A DNA stretch of 64,000 bases from Harriotta raleighana. Taxonomy: Eukaryota. The stretch lies in assembly GCA_050575255.1 (NCBI GenBank), contig JBNZDD010013584.1, forward strand, positions 1,734,953-1,798,952. The letters are read 5' to 3'. How positions within the stretch are numbered: position 1 is the stretch's first letter; every line of letters starts with the position of its first letter. This document shows positions 42,503 to 54,100 of this stretch, piece after piece. The notes below the pieces were generated by a model, which did not search any database, was not told where the DNA came from, and saw only the letters and a program-made list of their open reading frames with translations. Both the position numbers and the translations under genes were made by a program.

Positions 42503-42953
42503 CAAGACAGTGGGACTGAGATGTTGCCACAACAATAACCACAACAAAATTAGTCGCAGCCCAAGACCAAGCCCCAAGATTCAGTATTACATCTGCTAAC
42601 TTTTCAACAGGAAGTTACTGGGGCGCAAGGATGGCAGATTGGCCTGGAGGCTGACTCACTGACTCACTGCTTCCCTCCTCCCCATTATCTCTTCCTCCGT
42701 TGCATTACTCCCTCAGTCTATCAGTCCTTTCAACACCTACTTCCTCCATATCTCACTCCATCACCGCCAGGGGAAAGAGTCCCTGTCTTTCTACCTACCA
42801 ATCACCTGCCTGACAAATCTGCCCCTCCTTGTTCTATTAACAGACCAGGCTGTCAACTGCATTGCCTTGGATCACTGCATACCCTCAGCTCAAGAACCAG
42901 TTGATTTGATTCCAACATTCCCTTGCCACTTTTCATTTGATACAACGCCTTAT

Positions 42954-43220
42954 GGAGTCCTGTAGCTCAGTGGTTAGAGCACTCACATTACAAGCGAGAA
43001 ACCTGAGTTCGATTCCAGGCAAGTCACAGCGAAACCTTGGGCATGTTTCCTCATGCCTAATAATAATCCCTAAAAAAAAATTGATCACATCAATCCACGA
43101 TTTATGGGATGTCAATTCACTTGTCAATACATTCCGTGAAGCGCTTTGAGTTGCTTAGAAGACGTGATATTAAACGCAAAGATAATTGCGTATCAACGCA
43201 AAGATAATTATTATTATTAT
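42954..43220 (+). mobile_element. tRNA-derived SINE (internally deleted)
   Basis: Family head and tail. Confidence 0.8.
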
Positions 43221-44671
43221 CGTCATCTTAAGAAATGTCAACTTAACCAGGCTGACGCACAGCATTTATTTATAATAAAGTATGTAGTATCTAAGAATCT
43301 CAAGAAGAGTATAATTAAAAGCTGCCAACATGAATTTATGAAATGTTATTCTTACAAATGCAAGAATTATTATTATAATACACACCCTTTCCTTCTGCCT
43401 GAGGTCTCTTCTATCTTTTCAGATGAGTGATGATCCCAGGGCACTATTGATTAAGAGAAGGGAGTCAGTCCACTGGCTTGACCAACCATATCCCAAAATA
43501 AAATTGGTTACTCACTTTTAGTCACGGCTGTTTGTGGGACATTGTCGTGTGCAAATTGGCTTTTGTGTCTACCTACAAAATATACAGTCATTATTCTTTG
43601 AATTGCTTTGACAACGTGACCAGCTGTTATACCAAATGGAAAAAATATTATTATGTCTGAGGCTGAAAATGTCAGACCTAAAAATAAACATCAAACACAA
43701 TTAGACAATTCATAAGAACATAAGAATAAGGAGCAGGAGTAGGCCATTCGGCCCCCCGGGCCTGCTCTGCCGTTCAATAAGATCATGGCTGATCTTCTAA
43801 TCTATCTCCACCTCCCCCTGCCTTATCCCCATATTCCTTAATCCCTTTATCCATAAGAAATCTATCAATCTCAGATTTAAATTCAATCTTTTATTTTGTT
43901 AATCAGGTTTCCGAGGAAATTCCCTGGAAATCCTTTCTCCCTGTGTCACCTGTTTGCGAGATGTTGATTGAAAATAGATGACTGAAATTTTTTTTTAAAT
44001 AGATAAATTTTAAACCTGGTGCTCATCACTCAGAGAGTTGTGTTTTTCTCAAACAAAATGATTCACACGTGTGGCTGTTCTTGGTCAAAAATGACAATCA
44101 GAGTCCACGACACAAGTGAATGAGGTGGGAACAATGCAATTCTCTGATGTAATAATTGGTTCCTATGTAACAAGAACTCGCACCGACCCACTTGTCAAAC
44201 TGGTTTCTGTTTCCCCTGAATCTGCTCTGATATTAAAGACACACAGAGACGCAGACCTTCAAACTGACACCTTCCACGGCCTCGGAAACGACCCAAAGGG
44301 GTCCAGTATTTGAGGTAAAATATTTCTCAATTACATGTCACTTTTGGTGAAATTGGATTGTGTTTATTTTTAAAGTTACCTTTTTAAACTTCCTCTCCAC
44401 CCTTCGCCATACAATTGGAAAATCATTTCAGTATTTGTGGCGTAAACCGGTCTGAAGGTTAACATTAATCTTTGTAGAACACCAAAGCTCATGAGGAATT
44501 AGTAACAAATCATTAATAATGATTCTACAACTCGTTTTGTTGGGCAAGTGAAAATACAGTACAGTGAGTTGATTCGTGCAACTAAACTTTTTTTGTACGG
44601 AATTTCTCTATTCTGAGGTTTTTATCACTGAGGCAAGATGATATCGATCACTCCTGCTTCTGGAGGCATTT

Positions 44672-44981
44672 AATAATAATAATTATGCATTTCATGTAGT
44701 ATTTTTCATGTCTTCCAGACGTTTTATACACTTCACAGAATGTATTGTAAAGTGAATTTAATATATATTTGTGGACGAAATGCTGCAGCCAATTGCGCAC
44801 AGCAGTGTCCGCACAAACAGTCGTGGGTTGAAGTGACCAACTTATTGTCGGTTTTGTTCTTGAACGACTATTATCAAAGCATGTGGAGTGAGGAAACCTG
44901 CCCAAGGTTTTGCCTTGACCGGGAATCAAACCCAGGTTTCACTTGTGAGCCATATCCTCTAACCACTGAGCTATAGGACTC
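44672..44981 (-). mobile_element. tRNA-derived SINE
   Basis: Reverse-oriented family copy. Confidence 0.85.
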
Positions 44982-45185
44982 TACAATTTGGAGCGGTTAG
45001 GGGATTTAATTAAAAATAATAATAATCCTTGCATTTGATACTGCGTCTTATCACTTAGTTGAGATGTCTCAAAGAGCTTCACAGGTTGCACTATATTATA
45101 AAGTGGAATGACTGTATATTTTGTGGGAGAAATTCATTTTCTAATTTCAAAATATTGTAACTGATTCCTCAAGAGCTCCATCAGC

Positions 45186-45405
45186 TTCCAGGAAAGGACT
45201 GTTCCTGAAAATTAGACTACTACCCAGAAAACCTGAATATCAACTTGCTGTCAGAAGATTTCTTATGGTCCACAAACTAATTTCTTCAAATTTCCAAAAA
45301 ATGTAACCATGGCAAACATTTTTCTATATAACAGTTTGCAGGACATCTACATGTAAACCATAAGTGTTATTGGTAACAAGGAAAGATTATAAGAGCAAAG
45401 TAAGT
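45186..45405 (+). promoter_or_regulatory. Candidate promoter and non-coding first exon of the poly-CysD gene
   Basis: TTCCAGGAA (GAS/STAT-type) 45186-45194, GCAAACA (Fox-type) 45312-45318, TATATAA 45325-45331, then donor AAA|gtaagt at 45400. The ATG exon begins with an acceptor, so an upstream exon is required. Confidence 0.4.
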
Positions 45406-45479
45406 GTCCCTTTTTGAATCTTAGCTGCGTGTAATACCTGAAGGATGAATGAGTTCTGATTTCTCCCCCACATCCTAGC

Positions 45480-46085
45480 CATTACCCACTCTCCCTTCCC
45501 TCACCTCCCTAACATTGCCTGATTCTGCCACTACCTCACCTCTCAGGCCGCTGAAACTCTCATCACGTCCAGGCTCAACTATGCCATCGCCGTACTTATC
45601 GGCCTTCCTAAATCCTTCCTCCATAGGATGTAGATCATCCAGAACCCATGTCCTCTCCCGCACCAAGCTCTGCGATCCCATCTCCCCAATTCTCGTCCGA
45701 CTTCATTGGCACCCATTATTCAATTCAAGATCCTGCTCCTCACCTTTAAAGCTATCCATGGTCTTGCCCCACCCTACCTCTGTGACCTCCTAACCCCCTT
45801 CCAACTTGTCTGCTCCCTCCACTCAACAGGCTCTGGCCCGATCCACCTTCCTCACCATTGGTAGGCAAGCCTTCAGCCACTCTGTCGCACAACCTCTGGA
45901 ATTCCATCCAGCAATCCTTCCACCTTGCACCTTCCCAGCCTCCCTTAAATCCTGCCTCAAGACCCTCCCTTCCCTACATCCTCCACGATCCCAACCTCAG
46001 CTTGGGACTGAATCACAAACTGTTGATTGCCTTGGGATGTCCTCCTGATGTGAAAGGCGCTATACACATGTAATTTTGTTCTTGT
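45480..46085 (+). mobile_element. L2-clade LINE 3' fragment. Similar fragments at approx. 15040-15400 (+), 21050-21430 (-), 47430-47960 (+), 49620-50170 (-), 57920-58468 (+)
   Basis: Degenerate SRLxY/LHWLP-type coding remnants and 3' end gtgaaaggcgctata..tgtaattttgtt. Confidence 0.75.
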
Positions 46086-46099
46086 TTCTGCAAACAGCC

Positions 46100-46991
46100 T
46101 GTTAGAGATCAAATTCTCCGGTCGAAACTATCAGTTTCTCCAGTCAAAAATTAGGTTACAGCCAGCCTCCGATTGACCAGGTACTACTGATTAATCTCTT
46201 TTATAAGCAGGTTTGTTTATTCAGGTTCACCCGTCAGGGCTGACACTAAAGCATATAAAATACAACATGACTACAAGGCAAGCATCATTATCTAGGTTTC
46301 TACTACCCGGCACGCATTCTTCGGGGTTCAAGGGAAATAGTCCTTTCCTCTTCTTTCTCCTCTCATCTTACCTGTCGTTAAACAGAACAACTGGAACTTA
46401 TGATGAGTTCCAGTAGTTCTGGACAACAGTGGCAGGCTGGAGATCTCGGCTTACCGAGACACTCCCCAATTGTTGTAATGAGACACTCTTTCTCTCCTAT
46501 CTTTATACTTCTCCAACAGCCTCATCATAACTATCTCAGCCAGTTGATCACTTGGACATTGTCCAGAAACGATGTCAAAACCAGACAAGTAAAAGGCCAG
46601 GTTTATAGGCAGTTGTTTGCCTCCCTTCTTTTCCCAGACCTTGAGATGGCTCTCCTGCTACTCACTTGGCAATTTCCCAAATGTTGTGTCTAGCTCTACC
46701 TTCTTTCTGGCCTGAAGCCCCCTCCTCAGTACATTCCTTTGCGCCTTTGTTATCTATATCTTGAGCTCGCTCTCCTTCAATTCTTTATTTATCCTAGAAG
46801 CTGCTGATGTTATTGTGCACAGACCAACACCCAAGGCCATTCGAGCGCAGAGGAACGCGCACCCACTCAGACAATCTCCCCTCCTTCCTGCTCAAGGTTG
46901 CTGACCATGCCTGTGTTGTTAATAGATTGTTTTAATTGGTGTCTGATTGGAACTAACTATAATTAATTGTTAATATCTCCATATCCCAACA
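46100..46991 (-). mobile_element. Solo LTR (892 bp)
   Basis: TGTT...AACA termini with perfect 4-bp TSD AGCC (46096-46099 and 46992-46995). On the minus strand: CCAAT boxes (~46935-46950), TATA-like (~46750) and AATAAA (~46216-46221) in LTR order. Confidence 0.7.
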
Positions 46992-48144
46992 AGCCGTGTA
47001 TAGTTTCTAAAACTAGGAACATGCTGGTTACCCTGACCTGCTTGAATAGCGCTATATAAATGCAAGTTGTTGTTGCTTTTACATCCAGAATAAAACATTC
47101 AACAATTTGTATTTTACTGACACATAAGGTGTCATTTGCTGAGATATCTCATAGTCGATTTCGTAATTTGCATAGCTATGATTTTTAAAACTAGTCAATG
47201 TGCTTAAGAAACATTGTACAAAACATTCAGTTTGCTAATTATGCATTTCACTGTCTTGTCAGCATCAAGTCCTGGAAGAGTCTTAACTTCCAATTCTCTT
47301 GTTTGGTTCCCACCAGTATTTCCCTCACCTCATATTATGTCTCCACTGACCAAACAGACAGAATGAAATCTTAGGGTTTTGTTGAATTCTCATCTTTTAT
47401 CTGGTCCACTTTCCTTCATCTCTGTAACATCATTGATCTAAATGGCTATCTTGCCCTCAACACAATCACATAACCCTCACCCCAGATCTTTGTCACCTAC
47501 AAATTGGACATCCTCCCCCAAATCTACCCCACACAAGTTCTTTATCATTAAGACCTCTGCTGCCCAGGTTAGGCACCACCTCCCCTCCCATCCATGGCCA
47601 TCTCCGTTGCTTGATAGCTCCCCATCACTCAGCGGATTGACTTTTAAGATCTTCATCATTACCTTTAAATGAACTGTCTTCACTCTGACCTCTGCCCCCT
47701 CTTCCACCTCCCCCACACCTATCTCATCATTCGTGGACATGTGTTCAGTCACTTTTTTCCTCCTCTCTGGAATTGTATTTCATAATCCTTTTTAGATCAT
47801 ATTTTCTGTTGTCAAAACCCATTCAAAATCTATCTCTGATTAAACCTGCAGTCATCTTCCCCATATCTCCCTGATCCCTATCTATCTTTTACCCAGCTCA
47901 CACTCTATATCTGTAAAGAGCTGAAAGATATTCTCCTGTGTGAAAGGTGCTAACAAAGTATATTTTATTACTTTAGAAGTTTAATAAAAGTTTTATTACT
48001 TTATGCATTTCATATTGAGAAATTTCTGAAGAAATATCTCAAATTAGTACAAATATGTGTTTAGATTTCTGGTTTGCTAAGAAAATTAGAACCAGAATTA
48101 CATTTGTATTTTTTTTCACAGAAGGCTAATAGAAACTAATCATA

Positions 48145-48153
48145 ATGCTTCTG
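48145..48153 (+). CDS. First coding exon (MLL); exon itself starts at acceptor 48122
   Basis: Polypyrimidine tract plus cacag acceptor ending at 48121. In-frame TAG at 48130 precedes ATG 48145 (A at -3). Donor CTG|gtaagt, phase 0. Confidence 0.7.
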
Positions 48154-51100
48154 GTAAGTGTATAAACACTGATTTATAGAGATGAAAGGGTGGCTAGCTA
48201 CTAAGTAATTCTCATGTTACAGTTCATCCGATTTCATTGTTCTACTTTTCCATTTAAAAAAAACTGTTTAACTAAGCATGTGTGCAGTATATCAAGCTTT
48301 AAATAATTATTATTTTAATGGATCTATGATAAGCACATTATGAAAATGGTTCTGAATAACTTTTCTTTACTTTAATCATTGAATTTAAATATTACAAAAA
48401 TATTCCTAAATTGTATTTTGGATTGCAACTAACAAACCTCCCATAATTCTGTTTGTTTATACTTAACTCTAGGCATTCATAATCATTTCTGTCATTTATG
48501 CCAACAGTAAGTATTTATTTTGGTCTTTAAAGAAATGAATCTTCATGAATCAATTTAAAAAATAATCCAAATCTGGTTATAACTCAATTGTTATTTCTGA
48601 TTTCAGGCTGTGATTCCACTTCTTCAAAGATGGGTAGGTGTTGAGCCAGGGTGTGTAGGAATACTCTGGACATTCAAAACAAAATAAAAAGTTTATTTTT
48701 TCTTGATGTAAGTTTATGATTTTTCAAGACACGATAAGCAGTCTTCAATTATTTTGGTACCAGGTAAACATTTGACATCTGCTCTAGATATCAAAGATTT
48801 ATAGGTGGACATATAACTCTGGCAAAATTAATTAGCAAATGGTATTGTGTCTAGTGTATTGCTCATTACTTTATTTGGCAGGCTGTAGAAACACTGATTC
48901 ACAAGCACACTAGTCTAAGAGATGAAGAGGATCCCAGTGCTCAAAACTTGCATATGACTGAAATGCGCAGGAAGGCTGAATGAACTATGAGGCATAGCCC
49001 ATATTCCAATTCCACTTCACTCCCTTTTAAAGAATAGATTTCAAGAAGCCGGGTCTTTAAATGCATCATACGAAGATTTAAACACAAAGATTCTGATCTC
49101 AAGATAATGTCTACCCTTTTGTTTTGTCCAAAGATTCCCAAAGGTACAACTTTACCCCTGAGAAGGAACAAATGTATTGCAATGAATATAAGAGAACAGA
49201 TCCTGGCAACATTCCAACGATCTGTTGCTTACTCCAAGCTGATGCAGGAGAATCCTTTGAAGGCCAAATTATACTCTTTGGTTTAATGTCTTTCTTTAAT
49301 ATACTTTTCTAGATTCAGAGAGTTGTTATACAATATGGTTCGACCGTGATGATCCTTCTGGAGAAGGAGACTTTGAGACGGTGACACATATCAAAAAAGA
49401 TTACCCTGGTGAACTGTGTGACAAACCTATTTACTGTGAAGTTCAAACAACCCATGGAACTCCTGCAGAACTCACAGGAGATAATATTGAACTGTAAATA
49501 TTCATCTTGATTGTTTTAGCTTAATAAATAAATTTTCCTAAATTATGTTTTTATCTATAAGTCAATGATTTCTAAATACATTACTGTATATTCCTTAACA
49601 ATATTTCTGCATGGTAACAGCTTGCATTTATAAAGCACACTTCATGTAGGGTAGAGTCTCACAGAACTTGAGAGTGGTGGAGTCTGATATCGAGACGGGG
49701 GTAGGGAAGGGGAGCTGACCGTAAGCACGATCAAAAAGAAATGTCTTTAGGCGGGATTTTAAAATGGGGAAGGAGGGGGCAAGGCTAAGGAATTGAGGTA
49801 GAGATTTCCAGTTTCAGGGCATAGTGCCTAAAAACACAACCACTAGTGGTGAAGCAGACAGAAGAGGGGGCTGAAGCCAGCCAGGCATAAGCATCGGGTG
49901 GTAGAGTGGGGCATAAGCAAATCAGATAGATTGGGAGGTGCAAGGGAATTAAGGGATTGGAAAACAAGTGAAAAGATCTTGAAATCAACCTGTTTGGTTA
50001 TTAGGAATTGGTGGAGTCTGATAAGGACTGGTGTGATGGGGATACAGAATTTTGTGAGGGTCAGTATCCAGGCAGCGGAGGTTTAAATTAATTGAATTTT
50101 GTGCATTGGAATAGTCCAGCGGAGAAGTGGTGAAGGCGTAGATAAGGGTTTTGGCTGCTTTGGTTGTGAGTGCGAATGCCCTCTGCGAATGCACGTTCAT
50201 AACACTGCCTGTAGGCATTCTGCTCTATAAGTGGGTTCCCATGATGTACATCTGGTAATACACTGCTGTGATAGTTTACTAATGTGAGTCACATTTGTAG
50301 AGAGATCATTAATGATTTTGATGTGAATACAACATCAACGAAATTACCTTTGTCTAGCATCTTTCACGTCGAGAGGACATCCCAATAAATTGCAAGCCTC
50401 ACAGCTGAAGAAAATGCTTTCTTTCCATTTCCTGATTTGACTATTCAAGTAAATGCTCAGATTTGTCCTTTGAATGGACCTGACCAGATAATGAAATCCA
50501 ATGTGTTGGTGTTGTGCAAAGGCTTTACTAAGAAATCAGACTTTTGCTACAACTGGATAATGAAATATACTGATCCGAGATTGTGATATTCCGTTATTAT
50601 GTTGAGAAAATCAGTGCTATTTAATTTGTTTCTTGTATAGCTGTACTGTCTTCGAAGGATTTTCTTGTGAAAATAAACAGCAGGAAGGGAAACATTGTCA
50701 AGATTATAAAATACGATTCAAGTGTCCTAAAGGCTTCTGTAATGTTGGTGAGTAATTTGGATTTATTAAATATTATTTACTATCTAGATTGTGATTTCTT
50801 GTTTGTTGTCAATTCAGCTCTCTTCAATACCCTTTCCTAGATTCAGACTCTTCAGACACTTCTAACACTTCAGATGTTTGTTACACTGAATGGTTTGACT
50901 GTGATAATCCATCTGGAGATGGAGACTATGAGACTGTGGTAGATATCAGAGAGGAATATCCTCATCAGCTGTGCAAAAATCCTATTTCTTGTGAGGTTGA
51001 AACAATCAAAGGAATTCCAGCGGAAAACACAGGCGATATTATTGAAGTGTAAATATTCATCTTATTTGTTATCACTTGACAATATTTTTCAGATTGTACA

Positions 51101-54100
51101 ATATGTTTAGATTGGGGCCATTGGTCCCACAGTAAATTGTTTTCTAATTAGATACCTCACTGATTCCTGAGTTAGACTGTCTTCTGTCCTGGACGTACAC
51201 CACAGTGGGAACACTGCTATAGATGTAAATCACATTGTGCAGTGATCCTATGGGTCGTGTTGCCTATATTTTATTGCCTGTCTCAGGATGTGGCAATGGT
51301 GATAGGGTCAGCATTTATTTCCCATATCTGGTTACGCTGAGAAGATGCCAGTCGATTGGTTGATCATTTTTCCAGGGGTAATAATCCCTTAAAAAAATTT
51401 GGTCACTTAATCCACAACTATCTGTGGGACACTGCTGTGTGCAATTGGTTGCGCATTTTGCCCACAGAACATACTGTCAATTCACTTTACACTATACTGC
51501 ACTCTGTGAAGTGCTTTGAGACTTCCGAACACATGTTAAGGCACTATATCAAATGTAAGGATTATTAATTTATTACTATGTTTTCATTTGTTGGAGATGG
51601 TTATTTCCTGGGAAGTGGTGCGAATATTACCTGCCACAGTGTGTTATCCAGGACTTGATGCAAGTGGGCATGGATTACTTCACTGTCACAGTTGTTAGAA
51701 ATGGATATGAACACTGGATTTGTTTGCCAACAGGTCTTCCCCCACCCCCACAATTCGAACCCCCTTCCCCCACCCATCCCACCGCCCCCTCCCCACAATC
51801 CTGCAATAAAGGCAAGGTTATTGAAGATTGTATTCTGTCAGTTACCTTTTTAAAAAAATGTCCTTTGTGAATTAAAATTGGATAAATTACAAGCTACAAA
51901 ATTACAAAACAAACATGCTGGTGTGCAGAGTTGCACAAACTTTGACAATTGTAGTGATAGCTGATGTTTGTAAATCAGAGGTTTTCTGAAAGAATGTGAT
52001 CAAGAAATACATAGGCATTGAACTTCAATACATTAATGTTGATATTCTGCCTCAGACTAGCTGGTGATTTTATCAGCAGAAGGTATCAAGAGATCAATAT
52101 ATTAGTGTAAATAAGATGATAGTCACAGAACTGATATAGCCTATGACATTCTATTGTTATGTTCAGCATAATAATTAATTTGGTTCTTGCACAGCTGTTC
52201 TACTAACAAAGGATTTATTTGTGAAAATAAATACCAGAAAGGAAAAGAGTGTAAGGATTATAAAATACGATTTAAATGTCCACAAGACTTCTGCCAAACT
52301 GGTGAGTTTATTGGATTTATTCAAAACCATTTTGTTTCCAGATTATCATATTCCCTTTGTTCCCTAAGATGTCTCTTCCTTTCATATATTTTTCTAGATT
52401 CTGAACCTTGTTATACACAATGGTTTGACCGTGATGATCCTTCCGGAAATGGAGACCATGAAACAACACCAGAGATTAAAGATGAATACCCTGATAAGAT
52501 ATGCAAGGACCCTATTTCTTGTGAAGTTCAGACAACTGATGGAACTCCAGTTGAACTCACAAGCAATAATATTGACCTGTAACTAGTCATCTTAGTTGTT
52601 ATCTCTTAACAAAGTAACTTTCCTAATATAACTATTTGTTTAGAATAGGAACTTTAAGGTGTTAAATGTGGTGATTTCTAACTGTGTTCCAAACTCTGAG
52701 GTGGAAGTCAGGATTTCATCTTCTATTGAAATTACATGACCATGGTATGCAGGAACTTAATTCAGTCATTTACGTTGAAGCTTTATTCCTGTGGGATGGT
52801 GTGACGTACATCTCCCAATGGTTTTATGAGGTTAAAAAATTCTAGGTTGGAAATTCGAATTGATGAATTTGAAGTCAATAAGTTACAACACAAATATTTC
52901 CACTTCAACTGATACTCTTGCACAGAGCTGCAAAGGAATGCTTTATTTCCACAGTATTATCATGACAGCTGAGGTTTGCCCTGTTAAAGGACCTTACTGA
53001 ATAATGCATGGACGGTGAAATCCAATACACCAATGTTTTATGCTTCACACTAGTTTATGGCTTTACAAACTGAGACATTAGCAACAATGTACACTTAAGT
53101 AATATATTTCCAGTACAAATAATTCTCAGAGGGTTTAGCATAAAATTACAAAACAGAATTCTAAAAATTGCATGTGTTTATATAGGCAAATACAGCTAAT
53201 TAGCACCAACAATTTCCCATAAAGCTGCAGTGAGTGAGATAAGCAACCAATCAATTTGAATGTGGGATCAAGGCATCAGTGATCCTATTTGATACTCACA
53301 TGGTCTGATATAGGATTACAACATTACATCATTATATTCAGATTTACCAAAATATTTAATCTGCTTTTTATACAGCTGTACTGTCATTGATGGGTTTATT
53401 TGCGAAAATGAACAGCAAAATGGGGGAAATTGTAAAGATTATAAAATCCGATATGAATGTCCTGACGATTTTTGTAAAAAGGGTGAGTATATTGGATTTC
53501 TTAAATATTGTTTAGTTTCTAGATTTTGACATTTTCTATGTTGCCAATTGAACTTTCTTCCTGTATATTTCTTAGATACCCAGATTCCTTCAGACATTTG
53601 TTACACACAATGGTTTGACCGCGATACTCCCTCCGGAAAGGGAGACTTTGAAACAACACCAGAGATCCTACAGGAATACCCCGATCAGATGTGCAAGAAC
53701 CCTATTGCTTGCGAAGTTGAAACAAATGAGTCAACTCCATCGGATCTAACAAGCAATGATGTTGAACTGTAAATATTTATATAATTTGTTATCCCTTGAC
53801 AAACTGCAAGTTTAAAAAAGGGATGTTGAGATCTAAATTGCGATTTCTAACGGTATTTCCGAAATAATGACCTGAGATGGAAGTATGAATTCCCTTCTCT
53901 ATTGGAATTATTTCACACTAACCTATTAGCAGGGTGTCCTTGGAACTGAACTGGCTCCAAGGTAATATGTTTGACAACAGAATGTCAGAATTGAACCAGC
54001 CATCTGTGGCAATCTTGGTTCCTGAGCCAGGTAGGTCAGCAGTGTTTCAGGCCACTGCTGATGACAGCCAGCCTCCTGGTTCATTTCCAGGACATTAGGG

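Noticed and set aside
47050-47075. TATA box (gctatataaatg) upstream of the CysD gene
   Set aside because: It is the standard L2/SINE 3' tail (gcgctatataaatgcaagttgttgttg) seen at many places in the window
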